Below, in pieces: positions 8,239 to 15,754 of a stretch of 18,694 nucleotides of DNA. The notes beneath the pieces were generated by a model. The model was not told where the DNA came from, did not search any database, and saw only the letters and a list, made by a program, of their open reading frames with translations. The translations under genes were made by a program, and so were the position numbers. This stretch comes from a bacterium (GTDB lineage: Bacteria > Hinthialibacterota > Hinthialibacteria > Hinthialibacterales > Hinthialibacteraceae): NCBI GenBank assembly GCA_041946805.1, contig JBHGBC010000118.1:1-18694 (forward strand), read 5' to 3'. Positions within the stretch are counted from its first letter, which is position 1. Each line of letters starts with the position of its first letter.

Positions 8239-9361
8239 CCGCCTCGCACACGAAACGGATATCCTCGCCGCTCATTCCAGGGTAAAAAGGCAGAGTGACC
8301 TGGCGGGCGGCGATGGATTCCGTGAGGGGGCAACGGACATCCCGTCCGCCCAAGTACTCCTGGTACGCCTGAAAGCGATGGATGGGGGGATAGTGGATCG
8401 AGGTTTGAATGCCTTCCGCCTTCAGGGCTTGAATGAAGGCGTCGCGGCCGGCGGCATTCGGCAGGGCGATGGGAAAAATGTGATAGCCGTTCTCCTCTTC
8501 CACCCGGTCCCGGAAGGGAATCGTGATTTCATCCCGGGAGGCGAGAAGATCCACGTAGGTCAGGTAAACCTCGCGCCGGAGTTCGAGGTTTTGCGCCAGC
8601 CGCTCCAACTGACTGTGCCCCAGGGCGGCGCGGATTTCATCGATTCGGTAGTTGTGCCCGACGGTGGTGACGTCATAGGACACCGCGCGCCCCTGGTAAC
8701 GGTCGAGGGTAAGGGTGGTCATGCCATGGGACCGCATGAGGCGCAGGCGTTCCGCGATTTCGTCCCGCTGGGTGGTGACCATGCCCCCTTCGCCGGTGGT
8801 CATGTTCTTGTTGCTGAAAAAACTGAAACAACCGACATCGCCGAAGCATCCGCAGCTGGTCCCCCCTTGTTTGGAAATCAAGGCGTGCGCGCAATCTTCG
8901 ATGACCGCCAGATGATGCTTCCGGGCAATGGCGAGCAGGGTTTCCATGCGGCCGGGGAAGCCGGCGTAATGGACTACCATCAGCGCGCGCGCCCGCGGGG
9001 TGATCTTGGCCTCCAGATCGGTGGGCGAAATCGTCCAATCCGTCTCCTCGGCGATGTCCACGAACACCGGGTCGGCCCCCACCGCCCGCACCACGTTGGC
9101 GCAGGCGACGAAGGTGAATGAAGGGAGCAGGACCTCATCCCCCGGACCGATCCGCAACGCCAGCAAGGCCAAGTGCAACGCGGCCGTGCCGTTGTTGACC
9201 GCGAAGGCATGACGGGACCCGGTCCGTTCCTTGAAGGCGGCCTCGAACCGTTGGGTTTCCTCGCCCATGGTCAGCCAGCGGTTACGCAGGGGACGCAACA
9301 CGGCGGCGGCATCCGCTTCGGTGATTTCCAATTCAAAGAGAGGTATTTTCCACATGGGCAT
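8216..9361 (-). CDS. DegT/DnrJ/EryC1/StrS family PLP-dependent sugar aminotransferase
   Basis: Motifs VNNGTAALHLAL, IGPGDEV, VIEDCAHA, FSFFSNKNMTTGEGGM and GHNYRIDE. Start placed at MPMWKIPLF (9361; AGGA upstream) rather than the ORF-track TTG at 9415; 9355 is also possible. Confidence 0.95.
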   Translation of the reverse strand: MPMWKIPLFELEITEADAAAVLRPLRNRWLTMGEETQRFEAAFKERTGSRHAFAVNNGTAALHLALLALRIGPGDEVLLPSFTFVACANVVRAVGADPVFVDIAEETDWTISPTDLEAKITPRARALMVVHYAGFPGRMETLLAIARKHHLAVIEDCAHALISKQGGTSCGCFGDVGCFSFFSNKNMTTGEGGMVTTQRDEIAERLRLMRSHGMTTLTLDRYQGRAVSYDVTTVGHNYRIDEIRAALGHSQLERLAQNLELRREVYLTYVDLLASRDEITIPFRDRVEEENGYHIFPIALPNAAGRDAFIQALKAEGIQTSIHYPPIHRFQAYQEYLGGRDVRCPLTESIAARQVTLPFYPGMSGEDIRFVCEAVIRHART

Positions 9362-9426
9362 GGTGTTGGATCCTATGGACATCGCAACGATGGCAATGAA
9401 TAGGGCAAGCTTCAAGCAGAGCCTGC

Positions 9427-10470
9427 CTACACCGTGTAATGCTCCGATTTATAGAAATCGCCATGCTCCCGGATGAATTCGATCACGTTGCGCAATCCTT
9501 CGTCCAGTTCCACCCGGGGGCGCCAGCGTAACAATTCGCGGGCCTTGCGGTTGTCGCTGAGCAGTTGCATGACTTCGCTCTTTTCGGGCCGCACGCGTTG
9601 TTCCTCGCAGACGATATCCTTGTGAATCCCCGCCATATCGGATACCTTCCGGGCCAGATCCCCGATGCTGATGGTTTTGCCCACACCCAAATTGATGGTC
9701 TCCCCCTCCACGCCTTCGGCCGTGGCGGCGGCGATGAATCCGGACACTGTGTCGCTGACGTAAGTCAAATCCCGCGTGGGCGTCAGGGATCCCAGCCGGA
9801 CCTGGGGCGCGCCGGACAGCAATTGCGAAACGATGGTGGGAACGATGGCGCGGGCCGATTGCCGGGGTCCATAGGTATTGAAGGGACGGAGGATCACACC
9901 GGGGAACTCGAACGACCGGCAGTAGCTTTCGACGGCCTTGTCCGCGCTGATCTTGGAGGCCGAGTAAGGCGATTGGGCCTGGAGGGGATGATCTTCGGAT
10001 ATGGGGATTGTCCGCGCGGTTCCGTAACACTCGCTGGTGGAGGTGTGGATCATGCGCGAGACGCCCTCGTGGCGGCAGGCCTCGAGGATGTTCAAAGTCC
10101 CCAGCACGTTGGTCTGAAAGTACGCCGCGGGGGCGGTGTACGAATACGGGATGGCGATCAACGCGGCCAGGTGAAAGACGGTGTCTTGGCCATGAATGGC
10201 CTGGCGCATGAAATGGGGATCGGTGACATCGCCCGCCATCACATCCACCGCGTCGAGGATTTCCCGCGGCAGAAATTCGAGGTTGCTCCAGTGGGGGCGC
10301 GCGTCATAGTGAATCAAGGCGGTCACCCGGCCGCACAGGGGAACCAAAGCCTCCACCAGATGCGAAGCGATAAATCCCCCCGCGCCCGTGACCAAAACAT
10401 GGGATTGACTCAAGGATCGGCTTGCCATCATGCCACACATCCGCTCAACATCAGTCTGGGAAGAGGCCAT
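9427..10470 (-). CDS. NAD-dependent nucleotide-sugar 4,6-dehydratase/epimerase (extended SDR, LegB-like)
   Basis: Rossmann motif VLVTGAGGFIASH, then HLAALIAIPYSY, HTSTSECYG, QSPYSASK (YxxxK) and RPFNTYGPRQS. The start is uncertain (10470, 10440, 10431 or 10428). Confidence 0.93.
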   Translation of the reverse strand: MASSQTDVERMCGMMASRSLSQSHVLVTGAGGFIASHLVEALVPLCGRVTALIHYDARPHWSNLEFLPREILDAVDVMAGDVTDPHFMRQAIHGQDTVFHLAALIAIPYSYTAPAAYFQTNVLGTLNILEACRHEGVSRMIHTSTSECYGTARTIPISEDHPLQAQSPYSASKISADKAVESYCRSFEFPGVILRPFNTYGPRQSARAIVPTIVSQLLSGAPQVRLGSLTPTRDLTYVSDTVSGFIAAATAEGVEGETINLGVGKTISIGDLARKVSDMAGIHKDIVCEEQRVRPEKSEVMQLLSDNRKARELLRWRPRVELDEGLRNVIEFIREHGDFYKSEHYTV

Positions 10471-10605
10471 CCTGCGTTGACCGGCCCTCCCCTGGGAAGA
10501 TGATCTTGACCCAGAAAAGCTGCGTTGTCATCCCCTCACGAATTTGCATCCCTTACTCAATTCGTCAACTTCCTAGAACTTGTGTTCCAGGATGACAGGA
10601 TACAT

Positions 10606-10847
10606 GGTTCATCCGATCCAAGCGCACTTTTTTCCGGGAGCGTGACCGGCCCATCGATTCGACGGGTGGGAGAGAGCTACCCGAAAACCCTCTCCCTCTG
10701 GGAGAGGGCCAGGGAGAGGGAATTTAGTCGTGCGGGCGTCTCGCCGGCAAATTCCATAGGCACTTTTTCCTCTCACCGTGCTATCCGTGTCCGTTTCCAT
10801 GCACGCCTTGTTTCCTAAAGCCCCTCGTACCCTCATCCCGGTGATCC
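10606..10847. mobile_element. MITE-like element (~242 bp) with degenerate terminal inverted repeats
   Basis: Left end GGTTCATCCGATCCAAGCGCAC (10606..10627); right end 10827..10847 reads GGATCACCGGGATGAGGGTAC on the minus strand. It contains BoxC-like CCCTCTCCCTCTGGGAGAGGGCCAGGGAGAGGG (10688..10720) and the palindrome TGCGGGCGTCTCGCCGGCA (about 10731..10749). Confidence 0.55.
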
Positions 10848-10975
10848 TGGGAATCCTGACCGTCCTGATCCAGAATAGAAAGTATCCGCGCGGAAGTGAC
10901 GGATAGAGATTCCCCCGGAAGGATTCTCAGGGCGGTTCATCCCTAACCCGGCGGATCCTTGGACAAGATCGGGCC

Positions 10976-11629
10976 CTACGTGGGGGTGTAGGTAACGCGA
11001 AACACGTACAAGCCCACGAAGATCCCAACGGCGGCGTACATGGCCTTGGATTTCTTTTCGGGGATATGCCACACCCACAACGCCGCCAGCAGCATCAGGA
11101 ATTCTATACCGATCAGATCGGGGACAAACACCTGCTTGACGGAAGGCGTAAAACGGTCCCAGAAACCGATGTCCTGGGAGGAGACCACCAGGGTGCCCGT
11201 CGCGGTGGTGATGGTCTCGGTGGCCGAGGAAACGTACGCCCGCAGGGTGTGGGCGAGGGCCAGCGGGGCTTCCTTGATCGCGTCGGCGGTGGCGTAGGTC
11301 ACGTTGGGCGCGGGCGGCCAAGGATAGGACAGGAAGGGATAAAACCAGGGAATGAAACCGATGTCGCCGAACAAATGCAACCCATGCCCCACCGCCCAGC
11401 CTAGCGCCCATTCCTTGTTCAAGAATCTCCATAGCCAAAGCGACACCACGGCCACCGACAGCAGGGTATGCGCCCAGCAGCGCCCATAAGGCGCGAGGGG
11501 AATCACGTCCGCCAGGATCTTATCCACCACATCGGGGACAAACGTGCCCAACAACACCGGCGTCAAGGGAGTGGAGGTCAACCGGCAACCGGCCAACCCC
11601 ATGGCTAGATGTCCAGGGATCGGATACAT
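10976..11629 (-). CDS. Metal-dependent membrane hydrolase, YdjM-like family
   Basis: 217 aa with the family pattern GH...PD..DK...R..AHTLL...GH..HL.GD and several hydrophobic segments. Confidence 0.8.
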   Translation of the reverse strand: MYPIPGHLAMGLAGCRLTSTPLTPVLLGTFVPDVVDKILADVIPLAPYGRCWAHTLLSVAVVSLWLWRFLNKEWALGWAVGHGLHLFGDIGFIPWFYPFLSYPWPPAPNVTYATADAIKEAPLALAHTLRAYVSSATETITTATGTLVVSSQDIGFWDRFTPSVKQVFVPDLIGIEFLMLLAALWVWHIPEKKSKAMYAAVGIFVGLYVFRVTYTPT

Positions 11630-11818
11630 GCAATCTTTTCAACTTTACGATATGAATCCATCCCCTTGCTCATGGGATGGCGCTGGTCTGGAATCGGTTC
11701 GGCATCCGCCGGATTCACCTCATTGTGATGCCAAATTCCTTCCGGATAAACCGCTTGCATCCATCCCTGCGTTTTTTTCACCATAACCCCGGCTTTACCC
11801 TATCACGAAATGGCGGGA

Positions 11819-12478
11819 TCAGCGGACCTCGTCGAAACGCGGATTGGCCCATCCCCTGAAGCCGGCCGGCTTGTTCGGGAATATCGTTCCAAGTCCACAG
11901 AACCGGAGCCAATTCCAGATTCGGACCGCATCGAAGCGGAACGCCTCCGCCCGTTTCGCAGACGTGTCTCCGGATTCCACCGGCCGCCGCTGGATATCGC
12001 GCAGCACCAGTTCGGTGGCGCCGTCCTCACGCGTCATCAGTCCGGATTGCTCCAAGCCGTTGGGATTCATGAAAACCAAACACGGGCCCACTTGAGTCAA
12101 CCCAAACACTCCGCGGCGGATGCCCCGGCCGTCGTAGACATGGACGGCGGATTCGTCTCCCAAAACCGTCAGCGCGGCCCGGTGGAATCCGCTTTTGTCG
12201 TAAAGCGCCAAAACAGTCTTGTCTGAATCCGCCCCGAGCTGGGCGCGGATTACCCCCCGGGCGTCCTGAACGATGAAGGATTGGGCGTACACGGCTTTGC
12301 GCGGCAGGATGCTGATCCCGCTCATTTCGCACAGGCCGATGGCGAGAACGGCGCAAGAACAGAAAAAAGTGAAGAGGCCGAGCCGCCGCAGATGGCGGTA
12401 TTTTCGTTCCAAAGATTCAAGCCGGGCAAGCCGGGATTCGATGGCGCACGGATTGGAATCATGAGAGACGGGATTCAT
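11819..12478 (-). CDS. Hypothetical membrane-anchored protein with short beta-repeats
   Basis: GAGG RBS before the ATG at 12478; coiled-coil-like RLARLESLERK, one TM helix, then repeats of the type (L/V)xDxxGxxR(A/G)x(L/F). Confidence 0.7.
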   Translation of the reverse strand: MNPVSHDSNPCAIESRLARLESLERKYRHLRRLGLFTFFCSCAVLAIGLCEMSGISILPRKAVYAQSFIVQDARGVIRAQLGADSDKTVLALYDKSGFHRAALTVLGDESAVHVYDGRGIRRGVFGLTQVGPCLVFMNPNGLEQSGLMTREDGATELVLRDIQRRPVESGDTSAKRAEAFRFDAVRIWNWLRFCGLGTIFPNKPAGFRGWANPRFDEVR

Positions 12479-12567
12479 GTTTACCCTCGCTTTCAAGACT
12501 ATCGGTTCAACACCGGTTGGATCATTCCGCGTTGTTTTCTACTTATACGCAGATCCAGACCAAATAG

Positions 12568-12595
12568 TTGACCATTTTAGTAAATATTTTAGAAT
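12568..12595 (+). promoter_or_regulatory. Putative sigma70 promoter
   Basis: TTGACC (12568..12573), a 16-bp spacer, then TAGAAT (12590..12595) in an AT-rich divergent intergenic region. Confidence 0.45.
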
Positions 12596-12880
12596 TCTAT
12601 TCTCCATCAAGCAAATGGCTCCTCTTTGAGAGAACCGCAAATGAACCAGAAATATTGCTTCAGATCCGATTATCATTTCACTCGATCAACCAGTCATATC
12701 CGGCAACCGGCCTGGCTTTCCCGGCCGACGCATCTGGACTCCCCCCGTTTTGCCGCCAGAGACTCACCGTGCCGGCACAGGCCCTGCTATTTTTTTATCG
12801 CAATCCCGTCGTCTTTGTCCACTTTGATTCGTTAATACCCATGGACTCGGCGTTTCCATCTCCCCTTCTGGAGCGGCCTC

Positions 12881-14527
12881 GTGTTACGGCGTTGGATCCG
12901 ATGGGTGCTATTTATTTGCGCGGCCTTGCTGGGCATCGGGGCCGCGGGCGTAGGCTTGCTGAGTTATTTGTACCTGTCGACATTCACTCCCCACTATGTC
13001 AGCGTGACCGGATGTGTGCGCGACGCCTCCGGCCATCTCCTGCCCGGAGTCGAAATTCGCGCCGTCCCCTTGCCCATTTGGATTCCCATCCAGGAGGATC
13101 CGGTCGATCCGGTCGACAAACGGGAGATCACGGCGTTCACCCGCACGGATGGGTGGTACCGGCTGGAAGGCGTGGCCGCGGCCTGGGCCGGTGGCAAGGA
13201 CGCGGCGGGATGCCAGGAGTACGACCTGACCGCCCACGCCCCGGATTATGCGCCGGGGCTGATCCGGGTGCGGCCGAAACGGGGTGGATTGCGCAACGTC
13301 GATTTCGTTCTGGAAAAAAAGTCTTCCCTCGCCGGCCGGGCCGTGGACACGCGTGGGTGTCCAGCCGCCGGACGGTCCATCAAACTAGTCTATCGAGATC
13401 CACAATCCACCGATTTGGGAATCCAACAAAATCGGCTGCCACCGGCAGGAACAACGGACGGACAGGGCCATTTTCAGTTTGATCAGATTCCGCCCGGGAC
13501 CTATTTTCTGGAAATCGAGGCCTTCCCCGGCCAGAGCCTGGGGATCACCCAGCGGCCGCTCTGCGATCCGCTGCGAGTCAAAACGGGTGAGAAGATCGAA
13601 AACCTGGTATTCCCGGTCGAAGCCGCGGAAGACCGGGGCAGCCTGGCGGGGCAGGTCGTCGAGGCCTCCTCCGGACTGCCGCTGGAACGTTTTTCTTATA
13701 AAATTCCGTCGGTGGAGTTGGCCGGACCCGGTTCGGCGGTTCACGGATTGATCCGCGCGGATGGGACGTTCCAGCCGGTTTACCCGCATACGGAGTTATC
13801 CGGAACCCACGGCAGGATCGCCCTCGAGAGCATTTCCTCCGGCGCCGCCACGCTGGAGATTTCCGCCGAAGGTTACGCGCGCGAAAAAGTAAGAGTAAAC
13901 ATACAGAGCGGCCGAATATCCGAAGTCACGATCCCCCTCGATCCCGAAAGCGTGTTGTACGGCCCGGTCACGATGAACAACAAACCATGCGCCTATGGGT
14001 ATGTTTTCCTGCACCGGGATGGAGATCCTCCGGATTTGGAAACCTACACCCAGACAGACGTCAATGGGTATTATGAATTCAAGGGACTGAAACAAGGTTC
14101 TTACACTCTCCGGATCACGGTGTGGCTCAAAGAGGAAGCCCCCCATTCCGCGCAACTCACGGAGCGGTTCAAGGTAGGAGTGGAAACGGGACAACGAATA
14201 CGAAAGAACATCGATTTCACCCGCAACGCCACGCTGCGCGGTTCGTTTACCGCCCCGGATCCCAACTTGTCCTGGAGGGTGGAAGTGCTGGACGCCTCCC
14301 CGCCGGCCTTGGGAATGCCTGAACGGGAACGGGGCCGCGCCATCGCCTGGAAGGTGGAGTTCAGTGGAAACTATTCATTCGAAAATCTCGCTCCCGGGAC
14401 CTACGAGGTGACCGCCAGTTGCAACCGCGCCGCGAAATCCGGCGGCTGGATTCCCGTGATGAAAAAGACGCGCACCGTATCCATCGGGAATGGGGAAACC
14501 GCCGTGCTGGATTTTGTTTTTCCATAG
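12881..14527 (+). CDS. Membrane-anchored protein with ~5 carboxypeptidase-regulatory-like (CnaB/prealbumin-like) domains
   Basis: GTG start with a GGAG RBS and an N-terminal TM helix. Repeats include VTGCVRDASG..LPGVEI...TRTDGWYRL, LAGRAVDTRG...TTDGQGHFQFDQIPPGTYFL, TDVNGYYEFKGLKQGSYTL and GNYSFENLAPGTYEV. Confidence 0.85.
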   Translation: MLRRWIRWVLFICAALLGIGAAGVGLLSYLYLSTFTPHYVSVTGCVRDASGHLLPGVEIRAVPLPIWIPIQEDPVDPVDKREITAFTRTDGWYRLEGVAAAWAGGKDAAGCQEYDLTAHAPDYAPGLIRVRPKRGGLRNVDFVLEKKSSLAGRAVDTRGCPAAGRSIKLVYRDPQSTDLGIQQNRLPPAGTTDGQGHFQFDQIPPGTYFLEIEAFPGQSLGITQRPLCDPLRVKTGEKIENLVFPVEAAEDRGSLAGQVVEASSGLPLERFSYKIPSVELAGPGSAVHGLIRADGTFQPVYPHTELSGTHGRIALESISSGAATLEISAEGYAREKVRVNIQSGRISEVTIPLDPESVLYGPVTMNNKPCAYGYVFLHRDGDPPDLETYTQTDVNGYYEFKGLKQGSYTLRITVWLKEEAPHSAQLTERFKVGVETGQRIRKNIDFTRNATLRGSFTAPDPNLSWRVEVLDASPPALGMPERERGRAIAWKVEFSGNYSFENLAPGTYEVTASCNRAAKSGGWIPVMKKTRTVSIGNGETAVLDFVFP

Positions 14528-14656
14528 AAAATGGTGAGGAAGGATACGGATCCGGTTTTCGAAGCCGCCATCCCTATTTCTTGCACGTCATCCCCGCGCT
14601 AGTGAGCGTCAGGGCAGTTTAGATACAGGATGAATGATTCCAGATCCACTTGTTAT

Positions 14657-14684
14657 TGGACAAGGAGAAGAGATCAGGTAAACT
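14657..14684 (+). promoter_or_regulatory. Putative promoter of the toxin-antitoxin operon
   Basis: TGGACA (14657..14662), a 16-bp spacer, then TAAACT (14679..14684), about 30 bp upstream of the ATG at 14716. Confidence 0.4.
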
Positions 14685-14715
14685 GGTGCAAAGTCATGAA
14701 ATATGGATCGAGAAG

Positions 14716-15153
14716 ATGACAACGCTCCGTTTGAATCCCAACCATCAGATCACCTTACCCAAATCAGTCCGGGAGCAAATGAATCTCGATGTGGGAGATT
14801 TACTGGACGCGGCGGTGGAAGATGGTCAAATCATCTTGATCCCTAAACGCGCCACTTCGAAAACATCGCGAAAATCCTTGCCCCGGGATGAACAAAAAAT
14901 CCTGCTTCGTATCCAAGCGAAAATCGAAAAAATTAAAACCGATATCCTTCGTTCGCGGGGATTGACCTCGAAAGAAGCGGATTGGGCGGTAAAAAAGGGC
15001 TTGATATCGAAAGATCAATGTTATTTCTGGACGGAAGAATGGCAAAAGCATGAGCGGAAAGCCCAACGGGATATTGAGTCAGGCCGCCTCAGCCCACCGG
15101 CCCAAACCGTCACGGAACTGCAGAAACAACTCGACGGACTCAAGCGCAAGTAA
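14716..15153 (+). CDS. AbrB/MazE/SpoVT-family antitoxin
   Basis: N-terminal QITLPKSVREQMNLDVGDLLDAAVEDGQIILIPK is an AbrB fold. The C-terminal DQCYFWTEEWQKHERKAQRDIESGR matches the DQxWFWTxEWQ..E..A..DI..GR antitoxin tail. Start placed at the ATG at 14716. Confidence 0.85.
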   Translation: MTTLRLNPNHQITLPKSVREQMNLDVGDLLDAAVEDGQIILIPKRATSKTSRKSLPRDEQKILLRIQAKIEKIKTDILRSRGLTSKEADWAVKKGLISKDQCYFWTEEWQKHERKAQRDIESGRLSPPAQTVTELQKQLDGLKRK

Positions 15154-15161
15154 TTTCTCTC

Positions 15162-15377
15162 ATGATTCTGCGGCGCAGCCAGGAATTCGACGCCCTTTAC
15201 GAGAACCTCCCAGTCACTGTCCAAAAGCGCACGGACAAGCAGTTGCTCCTTCTTCTATAAAATCCTCAGCACCCTTCCCTCCGAATTCACAAAATGGAAG
15301 GCCATCCCGATATCTGGGAGATGCGTGTCACGGCCCATATGCGAATCACATGTAAGGTTCATCCGGTAAGTGCCTAA
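15162..15377 (+). pseudogene. RelE/ParE-superfamily toxin pseudogene (internal TAA, 3' end replaced by a MITE)
   Basis: ATG 8 nt after the antitoxin stop. Translation: MILRRSQEFDALYENLPVTVQKRTDKQLLLLL*NPQHPSLRIHKMEGHPDIWEMRVTAHMRITCK|VHPVSA*. The stop is at 15258..15260, and sequence from 15356 onward belongs to the repeat element. Confidence 0.8.
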
Positions 15378-15602
15378 CTTTTCTCTACCATATCGGGCCG
15401 CTCTTCAATCGGGCTGGTCGAGAAGATCTGCTCCTAATCCCCTCTCTCCCTGGGAGAGGGCCAGGGTGAGGGAAAGTTTTTCCGGCGTCGATCCCCTTAG
15501 CGGATTCCCAAACGCGGGGAGGGAGAAATTATTTACCTTCGGTTCAGAGTCAGGGTATTGAAATACGATTTTCCATTCCTGTACGCACTGGCCGGTTGAA
15601 CC
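15356..15602. mobile_element. MITE-like element (247 bp) with 22-bp terminal inverted repeats
   Basis: Left end GGTTCATCCGGTAAGTGCCTAA; right end 15581..15602 reads GGTTCAACCGGCCAGTGCGTAC on the minus strand (17/22). It contains a BoxC-like palindrome at about 15439..15472, and its right ~140 bp is shared with the 6477 element. Confidence 0.8.
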
Positions 15603-15638
15603 TTATTTCCTAATTTGAACAACAATTCCTCGAATTCA

Positions 15639-15647
15639 TGATATAAT
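15639..15647 (+). promoter_or_regulatory. Extended -10 element (TGnTATAAT) upstream of the 15755 gene
   Basis: TGATATAAT at 15639..15647, about 108 bp upstream of the ATG. Confidence 0.5.
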
Positions 15648-15754
15648 TGCCCTTTGAAATCACGGTTCGCAAAGCGCGCCGGCGCGGGAGGAAGGAAAAT
15701 CGCATCCGGAGGTTCCTCCTTCCCATGGTCCGCGCCTGACGGGGGGATTCCAGG

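Noticed and set aside
7162..10503. Long antisense ORFs (7162..8130, 8228..9121, 9565..10503; likewise 1827..2714, 15869..16567, 17485..18216)
   Set aside because: They are shadow ORFs opposite strongly supported genes in GC-rich DNA and carry no recognisable motifs.
12568..13482. 304-aa ORF overlapping the 12881 gene
   Set aside because: It starts on a TTG inside a promoter-like sequence, has an Arg/Gly-rich frameshift-like composition, and overlaps a well-supported gene in another frame.
15348..15610. Target-site duplication around the MITEs
   Set aside because: The 8-bp flanks differ (ACATGTAA vs TTATTTCC, and also at 6477 and 10606). A TA duplication fits only the 15356 copy, and only if its TIR is extended by one base.
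15603..15660. Continuation of the toxin after the MITE (a frame reading ...PRIHDIIAL*)
   Set aside because: The HDII match is short, is not in a continuous frame from the junction, and coincides with the TGATATAAT promoter-like motif.
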